64,000 bases of DNA, taken from contig NC_058368.1 of the NCBI RefSeq assembly GCF_018350175.1, forward strand, positions 170,316,001 to 170,380,000. The letters are read 5' to 3'. Source of the DNA: Felis catus. Taxonomy: Eukaryota. Below the pieces are notes generated by a model. The model made no database searches. It worked only from the letters and a program-made list of their open reading frames with translations, and had not been told where the DNA came from. Shown piece by piece: positions 27,587 through 40,864 of this stretch (its first letter is position 1; every line of letters starts with the position of its first letter). The position numbers and the translations under genes were made by a program.

Positions 27587-28192
27587 TGAGGGACAGGCCT
27601 CAACACCCTCACCCGTCAACCAGGTGGGATATGTGTGATATTCCTCGGGTACTCCTGGCTGCCCAAGAACAAAGGAAAGGGGAAAAACAAATGGTCAGCT
27701 AATAAAGAGATCATAGTCCTGCAGGACCTAAGTCTGCATCGCCTGTCCATAGTGATGTGGGAAACAAAGGCAGAAGGAAATGGCAGATAGAAATAAATTT
27801 CCTTATAACCTGCAGCCCATTGACAAATACTTGAGGCTGGCAGAGTAAAATGTTTCTCCAGGGACTCCTTATTGTCTTAATGTTAATGGTTTGCTAGAGG
27901 GAAAAACAACCTTAGCCTGACAATAGCTAGGCCTCCAGTATCCTGTGAGTCTTCTTTAGCAGGTGAAAATCTCACTGGAAACTTCCCTTGGACTTTACCT
28001 CACCCCCAACCCCATGGTATAAAACCAGTCTCTTCTCGTGGTCCTGGGGCAGCTCTTCCTGCCCACGGGTCCTGTCTCCATGCTTCAATAAAATCACCTT
28101 TTTGCACCAAAGATATCTTCAAAAATTCTTTCTTTCTTGGCTGTCAGCCCCAGACCCCACGAACCCCATTGTCACAGTCAAAATCCTCATCT
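27587..28192 (+). mobile_element. Solo ERV LTR (carnivore ERV1-like)
   Basis: Starts tgaggg; TATAAAA at 28018-28024; AATAAA at 28087-28092; 3' end approximate. Confidence 0.75.
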
Positions 28193-28757
28193 ATATCTAT
28201 ATCTATATCTATATATTTTTTTAACTGAAAAACATTTTGATTATAGCTACCAAGCTCTCATGGACAAATGTGCCTTCCAAATCGACTTGGAACAAAAGAT
28301 CAGAGCCACATGTCATCACACATCCTGTCCCGCACAGCAGTTCCTCCATCATTTTCCTCCAAGTTCTTTCCTCCTTGCCAACACTTTAATCATGGCATTC
28401 TCCAGAAGGTAAGGAATGGAGTGGAGAGCTAGGTGATGCATCAACCTCGAGTACTTCCTGATGCTGTACTGAAGCCTTTTCTCACCAAGACAGAGTTCCA
28501 AATGGGCCCAGAGCAGACCAGGCCTCAGCTTGCAGCAGCACACCTGAGTTAATTCTCACACCGCAAGTCAGGCTTCTTCCCAATTACAGAGAAGAAAGAA
28601 CGAGACTCTCTTTGAAGAGGTTGTTACAAACATTCTCATGGCAGCCAAATTATTGGCATCCAGGCTGTTGCTAAATAACCACAGCTCCAACCAAGTGTAT
28701 ACCAGGGAACCAGTGAGAAACAATATGAGGTAAATAAACAGTTTAGGGTTTACTTAG

Positions 28758-28804
28758 TGAGAGACTAAGAGAAAAATTACCAGGTGTACTCACAACTGCA
28801 AAGA

Positions 28805-28839
<35 letters not shown>

Positions 28840-29144
28840 CGCCGTTCCCGGAACCAGCCAGGGCGTGCCCGGTTGTGGTCTGACCTAAAGGCGGGAACCA
28901 ATCAAGTTCTGCTGAGTGTTCAAATTTAAATGTCAACCAATAATAGCTCTGTAACCACAAAAAAATCCCTAACTTGTTTGTGCCTGTCTATAAAAGAAGC
29001 TCGCTCGGGGCCTCTTAGCGTCACCGGCAATGAGTGCACGGAGGACCGGGTTTGAACCTGCAATAAACAACCCTTGCCGCTTGGCTTTGACTCTGGACTC
29101 TGGTGGTTTGTTTTTGGGGGGGTCTCTCGAATCGGGGCATATCA
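28758..29144 (+). mobile_element. Young gammaretrovirus-like solo LTR with C32 run
   Basis: TG...CA ends, TSD cttag on both sides, two CCAAT boxes, TATAAAA ~28989, AATAAA ~29062, CpGs retained. Confidence 0.88.
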
Positions 29145-30112
29145 CTTAGCAGGAGCAGTAATATTTAATAAGCCAAAAAAAGAGAAACTCCTGATAGGCT
29201 ACTCTTTGCTTTCAAAATCCTTTAGAGACCCTGCTGCCTACAAATATATGCCACAAATCTGGGATGATGAAACAAGCAGTGGATGGAGAGTAGGTTCTGC
29301 TGGGTTCTCTCAGGGCTCTGGAACCCTCTGGTGGCATGATCTCAGACACTTTATATTCTTACTCTTGATTCAGTTTCCACATCTGTAGCATGAAGACATT
29401 AGATGATTTTTTCTTTATGTCTTCTTCAAAAAAACTAGTCTCCACGGGGAAGCTAAGGTGGAAAACTAAGAACTAAAGTGAAAGCTGTACTGTAGGAAGG
29501 GAAGCTGACGTATAAAAAGAATACTGGCTATGATATGAACTAGCAAATGGCGGTTGTCCATTTGGTGTAACATTCTAGATACTCTGTGAGGCGCTGCTTG
29601 AAATGGTGTCCATTTTGTTACCAGAAGCAATCATCAATACTTTTTCTCTTCTGGAAGACTTTTGGCACTACCCTGTTTGTAATTTCCCTGGGCTAATCCA
29701 ATGAATCATGGCTAGGGATCTGCATTGCCCTAAGAATAGGCTTATGAAGAAGGAAGACTCCCTAATTTCAGGACCACAGGACTGCTGAAGAATCACCTGC
29801 ATTTGATTAGATTCAGGTGAGTTTTGCTTTGATTTACCTGAGACATCATACTTCACAAAATGACCCAGGATTGGTTTGGAACTCATGTAACGGGAAGACA
29901 GTTGTATACAGGGGTACATGGTTCCCTTTTTGCTACTTGCTTTCAGTCTGGCTCAAACCTGTAGTAGTTTCTAAGTTGTTTTATCATTGCTAAGTCCCAG
30001 CCTAGTGCAGGGCCAGTTGAGGTGGTCTAGTTATTTCTCCTTGGGTAACCTATAGTCTGCTTTTTGCAGTCTTCATATTTAATCCAAATGGAAATCCACA
30101 CCCACAGTATAT

Positions 30113-30176
30113 AATAATATAATATAATATAATATAATATAATATAATATAATATAATATAATATAATATAATATA
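30113..30176. repeat. (AATAT)n microsatellite
   Basis: Read directly. Confidence 0.95.
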
Positions 30177-31094
30177 TACAAAATAATATTTGGAATGTAT
30201 GAAACTTGGAAAAACCCAAACCGTTCTTTTTATTCTCACTTGCACCCTTACCCACTTGCTGGCCGTCTCTCATTTTCTCCCCTATACTCATTTTGAGACC
30301 TGTTCAGAAAATTTACTCATTGAATCTGAAGGAGGAGAGGAATATATTGTGTTAAAAGTGTGACGGCCTGGTTTGACTCTCAGTTTAGCGCATGAGCCCT
30401 GTCCCTGCAGCCATCTTTATTTCAATCTAATAGAAGCCTTCAGTACCTCTATTTCTCCACTTCTGATGAGGCTTACTCCATGATCAATAATATTTTCCTG
30501 AGAGGAATATCTAGGGTATTCTATGGTCACCCTAAATATTTCCCCTCACTAGCATGAATATGTTTGCCACATGAGTACATCCTTACTTCTGAGCCAGAAC
30601 TTTTCAGATGTATTCCTACACAAACTATCTTCTATATTAAGTCCCTTACAATACTAAATAAATGCCTTAGGGGTCAGGATGATTGGCAATATTACCTCTG
30701 TAAGGGAATAATTAAAATAAGTAAATTATACATTTATGGTCAGGAGGATGGCTATTGATTATGCTGTTTATTCTCCATTAAATTACTTCTAACACCCACT
30801 TTTTCCCTTACTGATGGATAGCCTAGCAATGTACTGTTAACACTTTTACACTTACACACAGAAAAAAATTTTCATATTCAATTTGACCATGAAATGTAAC
30901 TGTTTAATGAAAGGTAAGTGAAGGAGTAAATTATTTCTGGGGTATCTTTTTAACCCACAATATCTGACATAGGTGAAAAAATAAAAATAAAGTAAATATA
31001 TCCAAGTATCTCCAAAATTTAAGTAGATCCTAAAGATACCTCTGACTGAAACAATCTGGAAACAAACCTTTCTCCATTTCTGACAACAATAACT

Positions 31095-31146
31095 TTATTT
31101 TTTATATCCAGGATTTTTTACTTGTGGAAGAACAACGGTCTTTGAC
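31095..31146 (-). pseudogene. Candidate terminal exon with NPxY motif
   Basis: ttattaccag acceptor. SKTVVLPQVKNPGYKK* with AATAAA overlapping the stop. Phase needs an extra indel. Confidence 0.25.
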
Positions 31147-31474
31147 CTGGTAATAACACCATATTTCTGTTCCACTCCTACCAATTCTTCTAGTCTGACA
31201 TTTTTCCCAACCCCTATTCTGCTTTCACTCATCCCAAAAGACACAGGAAATGATTTCAACATTCCCCTGGAGGATGTGCAAATTGGTACAAATCTTCTGA
31301 AGGGTAATCACACAACATCTTTTAAATAAAACACCCATACCTTATGACTAAGCATAAAGTATTTGCCCTACTAGTTATCCACCCTAAGAGAAATACCAGT
31401 CTAATGAAGACAAAGAAACTTGTCCAAGAATACCTGATGGTAGTTTTCTTTCTAACAACAAAAATTGGAAAGAA

Positions 31475-32060
31475 CTTCTTAGATTTGAGGAAGAGTGCTA
31501 TCAGTGGAGGTAGTGAGAAGTGAATACATTTGATATAGGCCTAGTCTACAGCATGTGTTGATTGATAAGTTAAGGGTGACAGATAAAGCACTGAATCCTA
31601 AAGGTCTCAAGAACCTTTGGCCCAAGGAACCTGGAAGAATAAAGTTGCCATTTACTAAGATGAGGAAATCTGTAGTTAAAGCTACTTTGAGTGGTGGTGG
31701 TAGAAGGGGGGAATCAAGAGATAGTTTTTGATTAAGTTTTAGGTGCCTATTAGAAATATGTATAGAGGTTCAAGTAGATAATTGGATATACAAATGTGGA
31801 GCTCAAAAGAGAAGCCTAGGCTAATGGCATATATTGGGGGAGTAATCAACAAATAGATGGTATTTATAGACATAAGATTGGGTAAGTACATATAGAGATT
31901 AAATGTAGAGAAGAATCTCAGAATTTAGAAGACAGGAAGATAAGTAGAATCAAACAGGAAGGAGAAAGAGCAGGAGGTAAGATGGAAATCCAGGAAGGTT
32001 ATCATCTAAGAAGGCAAGTGAAAGAACAAGGTGCAAAAAAGGGAGTGAACAATTGTGTTA
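31475..32060 (-). mobile_element. L2 fragment
   Basis: Purine-rich L2 motifs (agttgccatttactaagatgaggaa; ttggatatacaaatgtggagctcaaaagagaag). Opposite-orientation L2 pieces at ~32800-33800 and ~22740-23390. Confidence 0.65.
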
Positions 32061-32146
32061 AAACTTGAAAATGCTAAAACGGTGTCAAATTGTGTGTTAA
32101 ATTTTGAAAACAGCATCTGTGTTTAAGTCAAATTTCCAAAACATAC

Positions 32147-32231
32147 CAGAATATGCCAAGAACCTGAAATATTTGAAGCATTAAGGAGTAAAGCCAAGTA
32201 ATCTGTGTGGCTCATGACTTTAGCAACTTCC
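32147..32231 (-). pseudogene. Kinase subdomain XI exon Q
   Basis: ctttgctttgcaaatag acceptor, gtatgt donor. Phase 0 reads GSC*SHEPHRLLGFT (CW...P..RP.F-like, TAA at the W position) and joins exon P in frame. Confidence 0.58.
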
Positions 32232-32516
32232 CTATTTGCAAAGCAAAGTGTGCTGTTGAAATTTTATTAAGTCATTTACATAATTCATAACTTTTATGAA
32301 GAGAATACACATTTTATTTTCATTGGTTTTCATGTGATTTTGGAACCAATTTGGTAACTACAGATTTAAGTTTCCAGTTCAGTTGTTCAGAATGGTTATA
32401 TAAGTGAAATTCTGATAGCTTGGAGCATGTCTGACATGAGTAAACCTACTTCTTAGGTAGTTGGGTGGTTTCAGTACCAGGAGATTTAGACATATTTTGA
32501 AAGCCTTCCAATTTAC

Positions 32517-32614
32517 CTGAATTTCATACATGTTTACACATGTCAATAGGCAGTCAGTTTGTACTTTTTTTTAAGATTTTGATCCTGTACCAACTTCTCA
32601 TTTGCTTATTGCCA
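32517..32614 (-). pseudogene. Kinase subdomain X exon P
   Basis: gattttctccag acceptor, gtaaat donor. NEKLVQDQNLKKKYKL then shifted DCLLTCVNMYEIQ (GYRM..P..C...MYE.M-like), phase-0 end. Confidence 0.55.
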
Positions 32615-32733
32615 CTGGAGAAAATCATAAACTAATTAATCATAATTAATTTAAATGGCCCTATAAATTAATATTCTCCAATTATAGTTCAATTCTTGAT
32701 GCTTCCTGAGAATCCTTCTAGGTTTCTCAATTA

Positions 32734-32768
<35 letters not shown>

Positions 32769-33357
32769 TCTATTTTTCTGTGGTCTCCACTTGATTAAAA
32801 TCTTTAACCTCTTTATACTTCCCATATATCTCTCAAAACTAATAAAATTCATCTATGCAAACTCCTTTCCGCACAAAATCTACACATTTACATCAGCACT
32901 ATCCTTTCTTCCTTTCCTCCTGCTGGTGGAGATGATACCACCCATCTATATATGGTATACTCTGACAACCACATTCTGGATGCCCCCTCATTTAGAGACC
33001 TCCGTCTACATTGTTAGTTTTTTTTCCTGTATCTTCACACTTTTCCTCTTCATTGGTTTGTTTTCATTGATATTTAAACATGTTTAAGTTTCTACCATCT
33101 TAAAACAAAACACAAAAACAAATTTCTCCGTGGCCCTACATTTTCCCCTAGCTACTTGCCCATCATTCTCCTCTCTTCACAAGCAACATTCTTATCAACA
33201 TGATTCTACCTCCCCTTCAAATCACCCTTCAATTCAGGAAAGTTTACCCTCTGCTCCTGCCACTGCACTGAAATTTCTCTTGCCCAAATCACCAGCGATT
33301 TCTTTGTTCCTAAATCCAAAGCACATTTTCTTTTAGTGTAATTGAACCCTTTAGACC

Positions 33358-33563
33358 ATTTTATTTTTTATTGTTTTTAAACATTTATTTATTTTTGAGA
33401 GACAGAGACAGAGCATGAGCAGAGGAGGGGCAGAGCGAGAAGGAGACACAGAATCGGAAGTAAGCTCCAGGCACAGAGACCCATGTGGGGCTGGAACTCA
33501 TGAACTGTGAGATCTTGACCTGAGCTAAAATGGGATGCTTAACCGACTGTGCACCCAGGTGCC
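33358..33563 (-). mobile_element. CAN-SINE
   Basis: TSD core tagacca. Confidence 0.9.
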
Positions 33564-34008
33564 ACATAGACCACTTTATTTTTTTAATGACATTTCCCTA
33601 TACTTTGTCTTCTCGGACATTACATTCACTCCCTTGGTTTGCTTCCTCTTTTTGGCCATTTCTTCTCCATTCTCATGCTGTTCTGCCTTTCCTTTAAATG
33701 TTGGTCTTCCTGAATATCACGATTTAAGCCTTCTTTTTCTTGCATTTAAGACATTCTTCCTGGGTAGATTTATCCACTGTTATGGTTTCAATTATGATGC
33801 CATAATGACATTTATCTTTTAGGCAAAACCAAACTGAAATCATAATTACTACTAATAATAATAAAGTATAAACTTTATGAAAAGTGTTGAATTAGAAGTC
33901 AAGAAATCATGGTTCCAATACTGTGTCTACTATTCATAATTAAAACAAGACTTTAGGAAAATAGTAAGCTTCCCCTTTAAAGATTTAATTTTTTAAAAAT
34001 AGGAATTA

Positions 34009-34200
34009 AGGGATGCCTGGGTGGCTCAGCTGTCTAAGTGTCCAACTCTTGATTTTAGCTCAGGTCATGATCTCACAGTTCATGAGCTGGAGCCTACTCT
34101 GTCAGTGCAGCTTGCTTGGGACTCTCTCCCTTTCTGTCCTTTTCCCACTCACACTGTCTCTCTCTCTCTCTTTCTCTCTCTCAAAATAAATAAAGTTTAA
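34009..34200 (+). mobile_element. CAN-SINE
   Basis: TSD aaaaatag(g/t)aattaa. Confidence 0.9.
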
Positions 34201-35880
34201 AAATAGTAATTAAAAGACTTCTACTTATAGACAAAGTGGTTTTGAAATAGAGTAAGATTATTAAAGAGCAGTGAAAATTATATAAAATTATATAAAAGTA
34301 TATGAATATAGATATTTTATGATTATATGTAAATTTGTACATATATATCAATGGTTTTGTACACATGTATATTATAGGACTATAAAATGTAATTCATCAT
34401 ATAGGACATTACTGTTCAGCTTAGACTTCTAAAATACATATTTTTCTAATGGGTTTATTTTATTCCCATGTGCTTAGAATATAATGCTTTAGAAAGCTAT
34501 GAGGTAATCAGTATGTTTTCCATAATATACAAAAGGAAACTATAGTTAATAGATATTAAATAATTTGTCTAAGATCATACATGTAGAAAAGTACAGAAAT
34601 GTAGTTGGACACAAAACTTATATATTAAAAAAAAGCCATCTTTCATTTCCTGCCACATTATCAGTCCTCAGTCATGCTTTCAAGAGGTGTCCACTTTTAA
34701 TCATCTGTTTCTAGTTCGCCTTTTTTTCCCCTGGTGATTGCCATCAAGTTTCTACCTTATATATTTATGCTTCCATTACTTGATTTATTAACTTTTAATA
34801 TCTATTGACTTTCTCTTGGGAATGATGGAGTATTTTAGCTCATTCATAGTTTTTCACTTCATTTCCTCTATTTTTTTAATTATTATTTTATTCAGTGGCA
34901 TGGTAAGTTAGAAGTTAATTTTTTTGCTTATAACATTCAAATGTGAGGCAATTTCCCTCCATTCATGGGGGGCCCTTTGAGTCTTGTGGCTCTATCATCC
35001 CAGAGATCTTCACTATCCTCTGAACGCAACCAGTAGAATGCAAAAGAGTCTGAAAAGCCACATTCACTTCTTAAAGCCCTTGGCCTGCAAGTAACATACA
35101 TATCACTTATGATCTCATTAAACTGGCAAGTGCCAGTGGCACAGCTATGCCAAGGGTAGATGATGAAAGCAACGAAATATAGTGCTAGGCTGGACAGCTG
35201 CTTCCCAAAGATAACTGTGGAAAGGGAAGCATGAATTTTGGTGTACAGATGAAAGTCTCTACCCTCATTTATATCATAATAGTGAATCTCTTACTGGTAT
35301 CTCATATAATTTTCATTGCCACACTAAGAATCAATCAGCTTTAGAAGAGCTCTTTCAACTGTAGGTTTGTTAGTTTTACTTCTAGGTTATTGCCACAGTT
35401 GCCCTTTGCCTCTACACACAAACAGGGGGGTGGTAGACTGGATGCAGGACACCACAGTTCAGCATATTGTTTTTGAAATAATAACATCAATTACTATCAC
35501 TGCCCCACAACACCAGTCCATTCTTCACACCTGGTGACTCTTTGTGGTCCCTCTAGGATGGATTGGTTTCATCTGTCATACAAAGAACACCTACTTCATT
35601 TGCTTTATGCCTTCAAACTAGTCTACTGATCTGCTACACTTCTTGTTCTCAATTCCATTATGGATTTGGTGGATTTTCATTCTTATTGCAGTGGGGTTCA
35701 GGAGGGAAGATCAGTAAATGGTGTGTGCTCCGTTTGCCACGGAGAATTGGAGTACAAACCAGTGTCTTTTCAAGGACATAGATACTGAACTGTTTCAGAA
35801 AAACATTTGCTTGTTATTGCTTATTTTATCATTTGTTATTTACACTAGGTCTATTAGGAATATTTTGAAGTGCTGTTTAC

Positions 35881-35984
35881 ATTTTTAAAATTAGTATTAT
35901 ATAATACTGTATATTATTGTAATGAAGTGAGCAGGAGCATAAAAAACATCAAACCTAGTTCATAATTTTGGGGTTTTATTTTAT
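35881..35984 (-). pseudogene. Kinase subdomain VIII exon O
   Basis: ctctttatttataaag acceptor. DKIKPQNYELG then shifted FYAPAHFITIIYS (WxAPE.F...YS-like). 3' boundary uncertain. Confidence 0.5.
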
Positions 35985-36094
35985 CTTTATAAATAAAGAG
36001 TAGCATAAGTAAACAGCTCTATATTTATCAACTATCATTTGTGTGTTTTTATTTGAAGTTTGTATCAAAATGTTATCACCTTCCAATATCTTAC

Positions 36095-36186
36095 CAGATT
36101 CCAATGTAATTTGGGCAAATGAGTCCAAATTAGACAATGAAACTGCCCAGTAACTCACATTAAATACTTTATACTCCGTTCAATTC
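36095..36186 (-). pseudogene. Kinase subdomain VIb-VII exon N
   Basis: actgcaag acceptor, gtaaga donor. VSYWAVSLSN followed by FGL after a 1-nt correction (VKLSDFGL-like). No recognisable HRD. Confidence 0.45.
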
Positions 36187-36264
36187 CTTGCAGTAATGTA
36201 GAATTGAGTCAATTTTGAATGTATGGTTGCTTAACAGGACACAGTAGAAAATGCATTCCTTTAC

Positions 36265-36407
36265 CTGATTATGGCAGAGAAAGTCATTTGGACATTTTTT
36301 TTCCTGAATACCAGACAAATAAATCTGACTGAAATTTGTTGAAATTATTGATTGAACTTTCAGTTATTTGGGTCCTTTCAAAGAGCAGTAAGGGACTTAA
36401 AATTAAT
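36265..36407 (-). pseudogene. Kinase subdomain V-VIa exon M
   Basis: Strong acceptor tttctctttctgtattactcttacag, gtaaag donor. LILSPLLLFERTQIT, then shifted NFSQIYLSGIQEKKCPNDFLCHNQ. Ends in phase 0 at the position equivalent to the GMEYLASKK|CIHRD intron of many RTKs. Confidence 0.62.
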
Positions 36408-36849
36408 CTGTAAGAGTAATACAGAAAGAGAAATTTTGATCTAAGGTATGAAATTCAGCCCATATCTCTGTAGTGTCAGAAATTTTAACTGTTATTTGTC
36501 CAAAGTAACATAACAGTTCTACCAACAGTTATTACTGTCCTTCTCCCTTAGTCAACCTAATGTTAAACATTAATTACAGCTCTATCTCCCAATAAAAATA
36601 TAATATCTTTATGCAATTGGTCAATTCAATTTGCCATGTAAGAAGACAAGTGTCTGGCTCTAACTTTTCTCCAGTAAGACAAAGGTAAAAACTAGTATTA
36701 AGATGTAAACACTATGACAAGTAATAATGAATATAATAGAATTAAAAACCAATGAAAATTTTTTACTAAAGCAGTAAGTGTATTTATTGTGAGTTCTGCT
36801 AGAGTTATTAAAGTTCCTGAATCCATATATAAAATGTCTGGTTTTGATT

Positions 36850-37838
36850 TTTTTTTCTAATTTTTTACTTTATTAAAATTCCAGTTAGTTAACATACAGT
36901 GTAATTATTAGTTTCAGGTGTACAATACAGAGATTCAACACTTCCACACATCACTCTATGCTCATTGCAACAAGTGCACTTCTTAATCCTCATTACCTAT
37001 TTAACCCATCCTTCCCCCCCCGCCCCCCGCCCCATCTCCTCTCTAGTAACCATCACTGTGTTCTCTATAGCTAAGAATCTGTTTCCTGGTTTGTCTCTTT
37101 CTCTCTCTCTTTTTCCTTTGTTCATTTGTTTTGTTTCTTAAATTCCACTTATGAGTGAAATCATATAGTATTTGTCTTTCTCTAACTTATTCACTTAGCA
37201 TTATACCTTCTAGCTCCATCCATGTTGTTGCAAATGGCAAGATTTCATTCTTTTTTATGGCTCAGTAATATTCCATTGTACATATGCCACATCTTTATCC
37301 ATTCATCAATCTAGGGACACTTGGGCTTCTTCCATATCTTAGGTATTGTAAATAATGCTGCTATAAACATAGGGGTGCATGTATCCCTTTGAATTAGTGT
37401 TTCTGAATACTTTGGGAAAATACCCAGTAGTGTTATTGCTGGGTCATAAGTTCTATTTTTAACTTTTGGAGGAACCTCCATACTGTTTTTCACAGTGGAT
37501 GCACCAGTTTGTATTCCCACCAAGACAGCATAAGTGTTCCTTTTTCTCCACATCCTCACCAAAACCTGTCATTTCCTGTGTTGTTGATTTTAGTCATTTT
37601 GACAGGTGTGAGATGATACCTCATTGTAGTTTCAATTTGCATTTCCCTGATGATAAGTGATGATAAACATCTTTCCATGTGTCTATTGGCCATCTGGATG
37701 TCTTCTTTGGAGAAATGTCTGTTCATGTCTTCTGCTTATTTCTTATTTGGGCTAGTTATTTTCTGGGCGTTGAGTTTTGTAAGTTCTTTACATATTTTGG
37801 AGACAAGCCTTTTAACAGATATGTCATTAGCAAATATA
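36850..37838 (-). mobile_element. L1_Carn-type 3' portion
   Basis: Poly(T), 3'UTR, ORF2 C-terminus ([13 protein letters not shown]...TCTPMFIAALFTI.KIWK.PKCP). Confidence 0.9.
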
Positions 37839-39399
37839 TAACATGTCTGATTTTGAATTCTAACCTTGCTACTACTAGCTGTGTGGCCTTGGGCAAATTA
37901 CTTAATGTTTCCAGCCTCAGTACCCTTATCTTTAAAATGGGGATGATGATGAGGATGATGATAATGATGATAATACCTAAGTCATAAATCTATTGAGATG
38001 ATTGTATGAGGTAATAAAAGTAAGCAATGCCTGGAATATGGTGAGTGCACACAGTAAATATTAGCTGATTATGATGATAATGATAATTACATTCAATTTT
38101 CAATCCACTAAATGTTACAGTTCTAAATGTTTAGTATATTAATAAAGTATCAGAAATTTGGAAATCTTTTTTGAATTTAACTGATATTCAAGTGTTGGGG
38201 AAAAAGTTGACAATTGATTGTGATACAAAAGCTCATGAATTCCAGGACAGACTATGGGTATTCTGTATGTTGCCACTGAGCATTCATTTCATTGACTGCA
38301 ATCCGGGCTGAGAAATGCTAGTGGGTTTCTTGTGGGGTTTTTTTAGGGGGGAGGCGGTCATTCCTCATAAATGCTTCATCTTATTTGGCCATTTGGCTGC
38401 CATTTCACTTTGGGCAAAATGAGAAAAAGAAATGCAAACAACACACTGTGGAAAAGAAAAGTAAAATTTAATATAAGGTGGGTTTGGTGGCTTATTTAAG
38501 AAGTTCAAACCTCAATATTTCAACTTTACATAAATACGTTGAAGCTGCGAATTATATTGATCTGAGTTTTAATAGTCTTCCAAGTTATCTCTCTAAGAGT
38601 GGACATAAATTGAAATCCAGGCTTTATCTGGGAATGGTGGAAAATTGGAGCTTTACTTAAAAACGTATAGACTATGAGCTACTTGTGTTTGGTAAATTAT
38701 TCATTTAACAAGTACTAGGTACTCCATTTAAATGACTTTTCAGACACACAATGATAATCTAAGTGATATCTGTTCAGAGAGAGGCAAAATCAACATGTAC
38801 TGCTAAGGCCAGAAAATATGAGGAATGACTCTTGAGTTATGTTATAGAGGGTGGGTAAGATTTGGATGCTTGTAGAGATGTGAAGAGGAAATTTGAGGTC
38901 TTGAGATCAAAATGAGCAAAAGATCTGAGTGAAGCCTAGGGAGAATCTGGGATGATGTAAAGGTGAGATGATGAGCAGACACTGAGATTCTGGGTCTAAT
39001 ACTACAGGCAAGTTTACAGGCAAGTCAGAATTGTTCAAACGAGATTAAGAACATGAAATAACTCTTTAAAATAATCCGCTTAATTGAACAAACAAAAAAT
39101 TGAAGACAAGAAGTCTAAGATTAAAAACCTTATCAAAAATATATTTAAAAATGATATTTTAAAGGTTTTGGATAGGCTAGAAAGGGAGGATAGGGAAGAA
39201 ATAGGAGGAAATAGAGAAACATATTGATTAACTAACTATAGAATATCAAAGAGCAAGAAGAAAGGAGTCATTGCGACTTGAGCATGGTCATTATTGACAG
39301 AGTGGGACAGTTTACAGAGAAAGCAAATTTGTTGGTCTAGATAGTAAGTTCCTTTTTGAATTTGTGCCTGTTGAAATATGGATGTGAAGATAATAGACA

Positions 39400-39624
39400 T
39401 TTTTTTTTAATTTTTTTTTCAACGTTTTTATTTATTTTTGGGACAGAGAGAGACAGAGCATGAACGGGGGAGGGGCAGAGAGAGAGGGAGACACAGAATC
39501 GGAAACAGGCTCCAGGCTCTGAGCCATCAGCCCAGAGCCCAATGCGGGGCTCGAACTCACGGACCGCGAGATCGTGACCTGGCTGAAGTCAGACGCTTAA
39601 CCGACTGCACCACCCAGGCGCCCC
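39400..39624 (-). mobile_element. Young CAN-SINE (SINEC_Fc type)
   Basis: TSD aatagacattttttt. Confidence 0.95.
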
Positions 39625-40760
39625 AATAGACATTTTTTTAAATCCTTGTCAGTATCTAGCTTAGTGTTACAAGCAAAAAAGTACTTAGATAATATTTCTT
39701 AAATAAACTAATTTGGACATTTTTATTTGAATCGTGACATTCTATCATTATGTGCATAACACAAAACATGAATTTGTATCACCAAAACAATGATTTTATT
39801 TTGTATAAAAATTGAGTAGCTTATAAAATATATGCTACTAAGGAACCATACATTTCATTACATATTTTAACAAACTGACCTTATTCTATACTCTTCATAT
39901 GAAATAATTTCCAGAGACATCACAATTTATAGCTACATTTAAAGTTCTAAGATTCCTTTCTAACCATTTCACTTCTAATAAGGAAAGAGTAACTAGCTAA
40001 GTAATGGACTCATCACTTCACATAAACAACTATAACATTTTACTAAAAAATTCATTAAATAATTTATGATATGCCTTAATCGTCCAGACACAGAATTGTT
40101 GTAGTGATATGCAGTGACCATTTTTAGATTCTAGTTTATTTTCCTATAATATTTATTAGGACATGATTTTTCATAATTATGTCTCATAAAAACTTCAAAT
40201 GAGATATAAATTGTACTGTAAAGAGGTTCCAATGATGTTAGACTGTCAGACAAAATATATCATTAGAACTCTATTTAACGTTTCCTTGAGAAGAAAGATT
40301 CTTGGAGAAGCATCCTATCATCTTGCCAGCATGGTGATGTCATATAACTAGTAATCTAAACTTCTTTGTAGTATATGAGTCCTTTGATCTTCTTATGAGC
40401 ACTTAGCTTAATAGTGCCTAAGAATATAAATTATTGCCATGCAAAAAATAAGCTTGAATCTAAAACCTGTCACTGAATGTGAGAAAAACTCTCCAACCAT
40501 TCTGTGACTACACAATTAAGACATGTCATAAATTGTTTAGTTGAGTTGGCATAAATCTCACAGTGCACAAGGAGTAGAATGCTATATAAGAAAAACTGGG
40601 CAAATCTTTTCAATTACTGGCATTAAGGAAGTGATGATTATACAAATACATCTAGAATTAAAGGTTTAAGCACAGTCATTAAATCACTCTTTTAATAAAA
40701 GTCGTCTGGTAAGAACATTTAATTTGACTTTATGTAAGTGCTTAAAAATATAGAAATTAC

Positions 40761-40864
40761 AGTATGATTCAGATCTGTGGACATTCAGACCAAATGATCT
40801 GTGGTCAACAGTAATCCCAAGTCATGGATATCCTTCTTGATGATGATTTTTAATGAGGTGTATC
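40761..40864 (-). pseudogene. Candidate kinase subdomain IV exon L
   Basis: taattaag acceptor (alternative at 40891), gtaatt donor. Frameshifted TPH..IIK resembles H.NII.L.G. Confidence 0.35.

Noticed and set aside
31112..31149. Plus-strand mini-exon (ccag...gtaata)
   Set aside because: Isolated, with no partner exons on the plus strand.
40290..40427. Alternative minus-strand exon (GTIKLSAHKKIKGLIYYKEV*) resembling kinase subdomain IV
   Set aside because: Has an acceptor but no clear donor and competes with 40761-40864; cannot be resolved without an orthologue.
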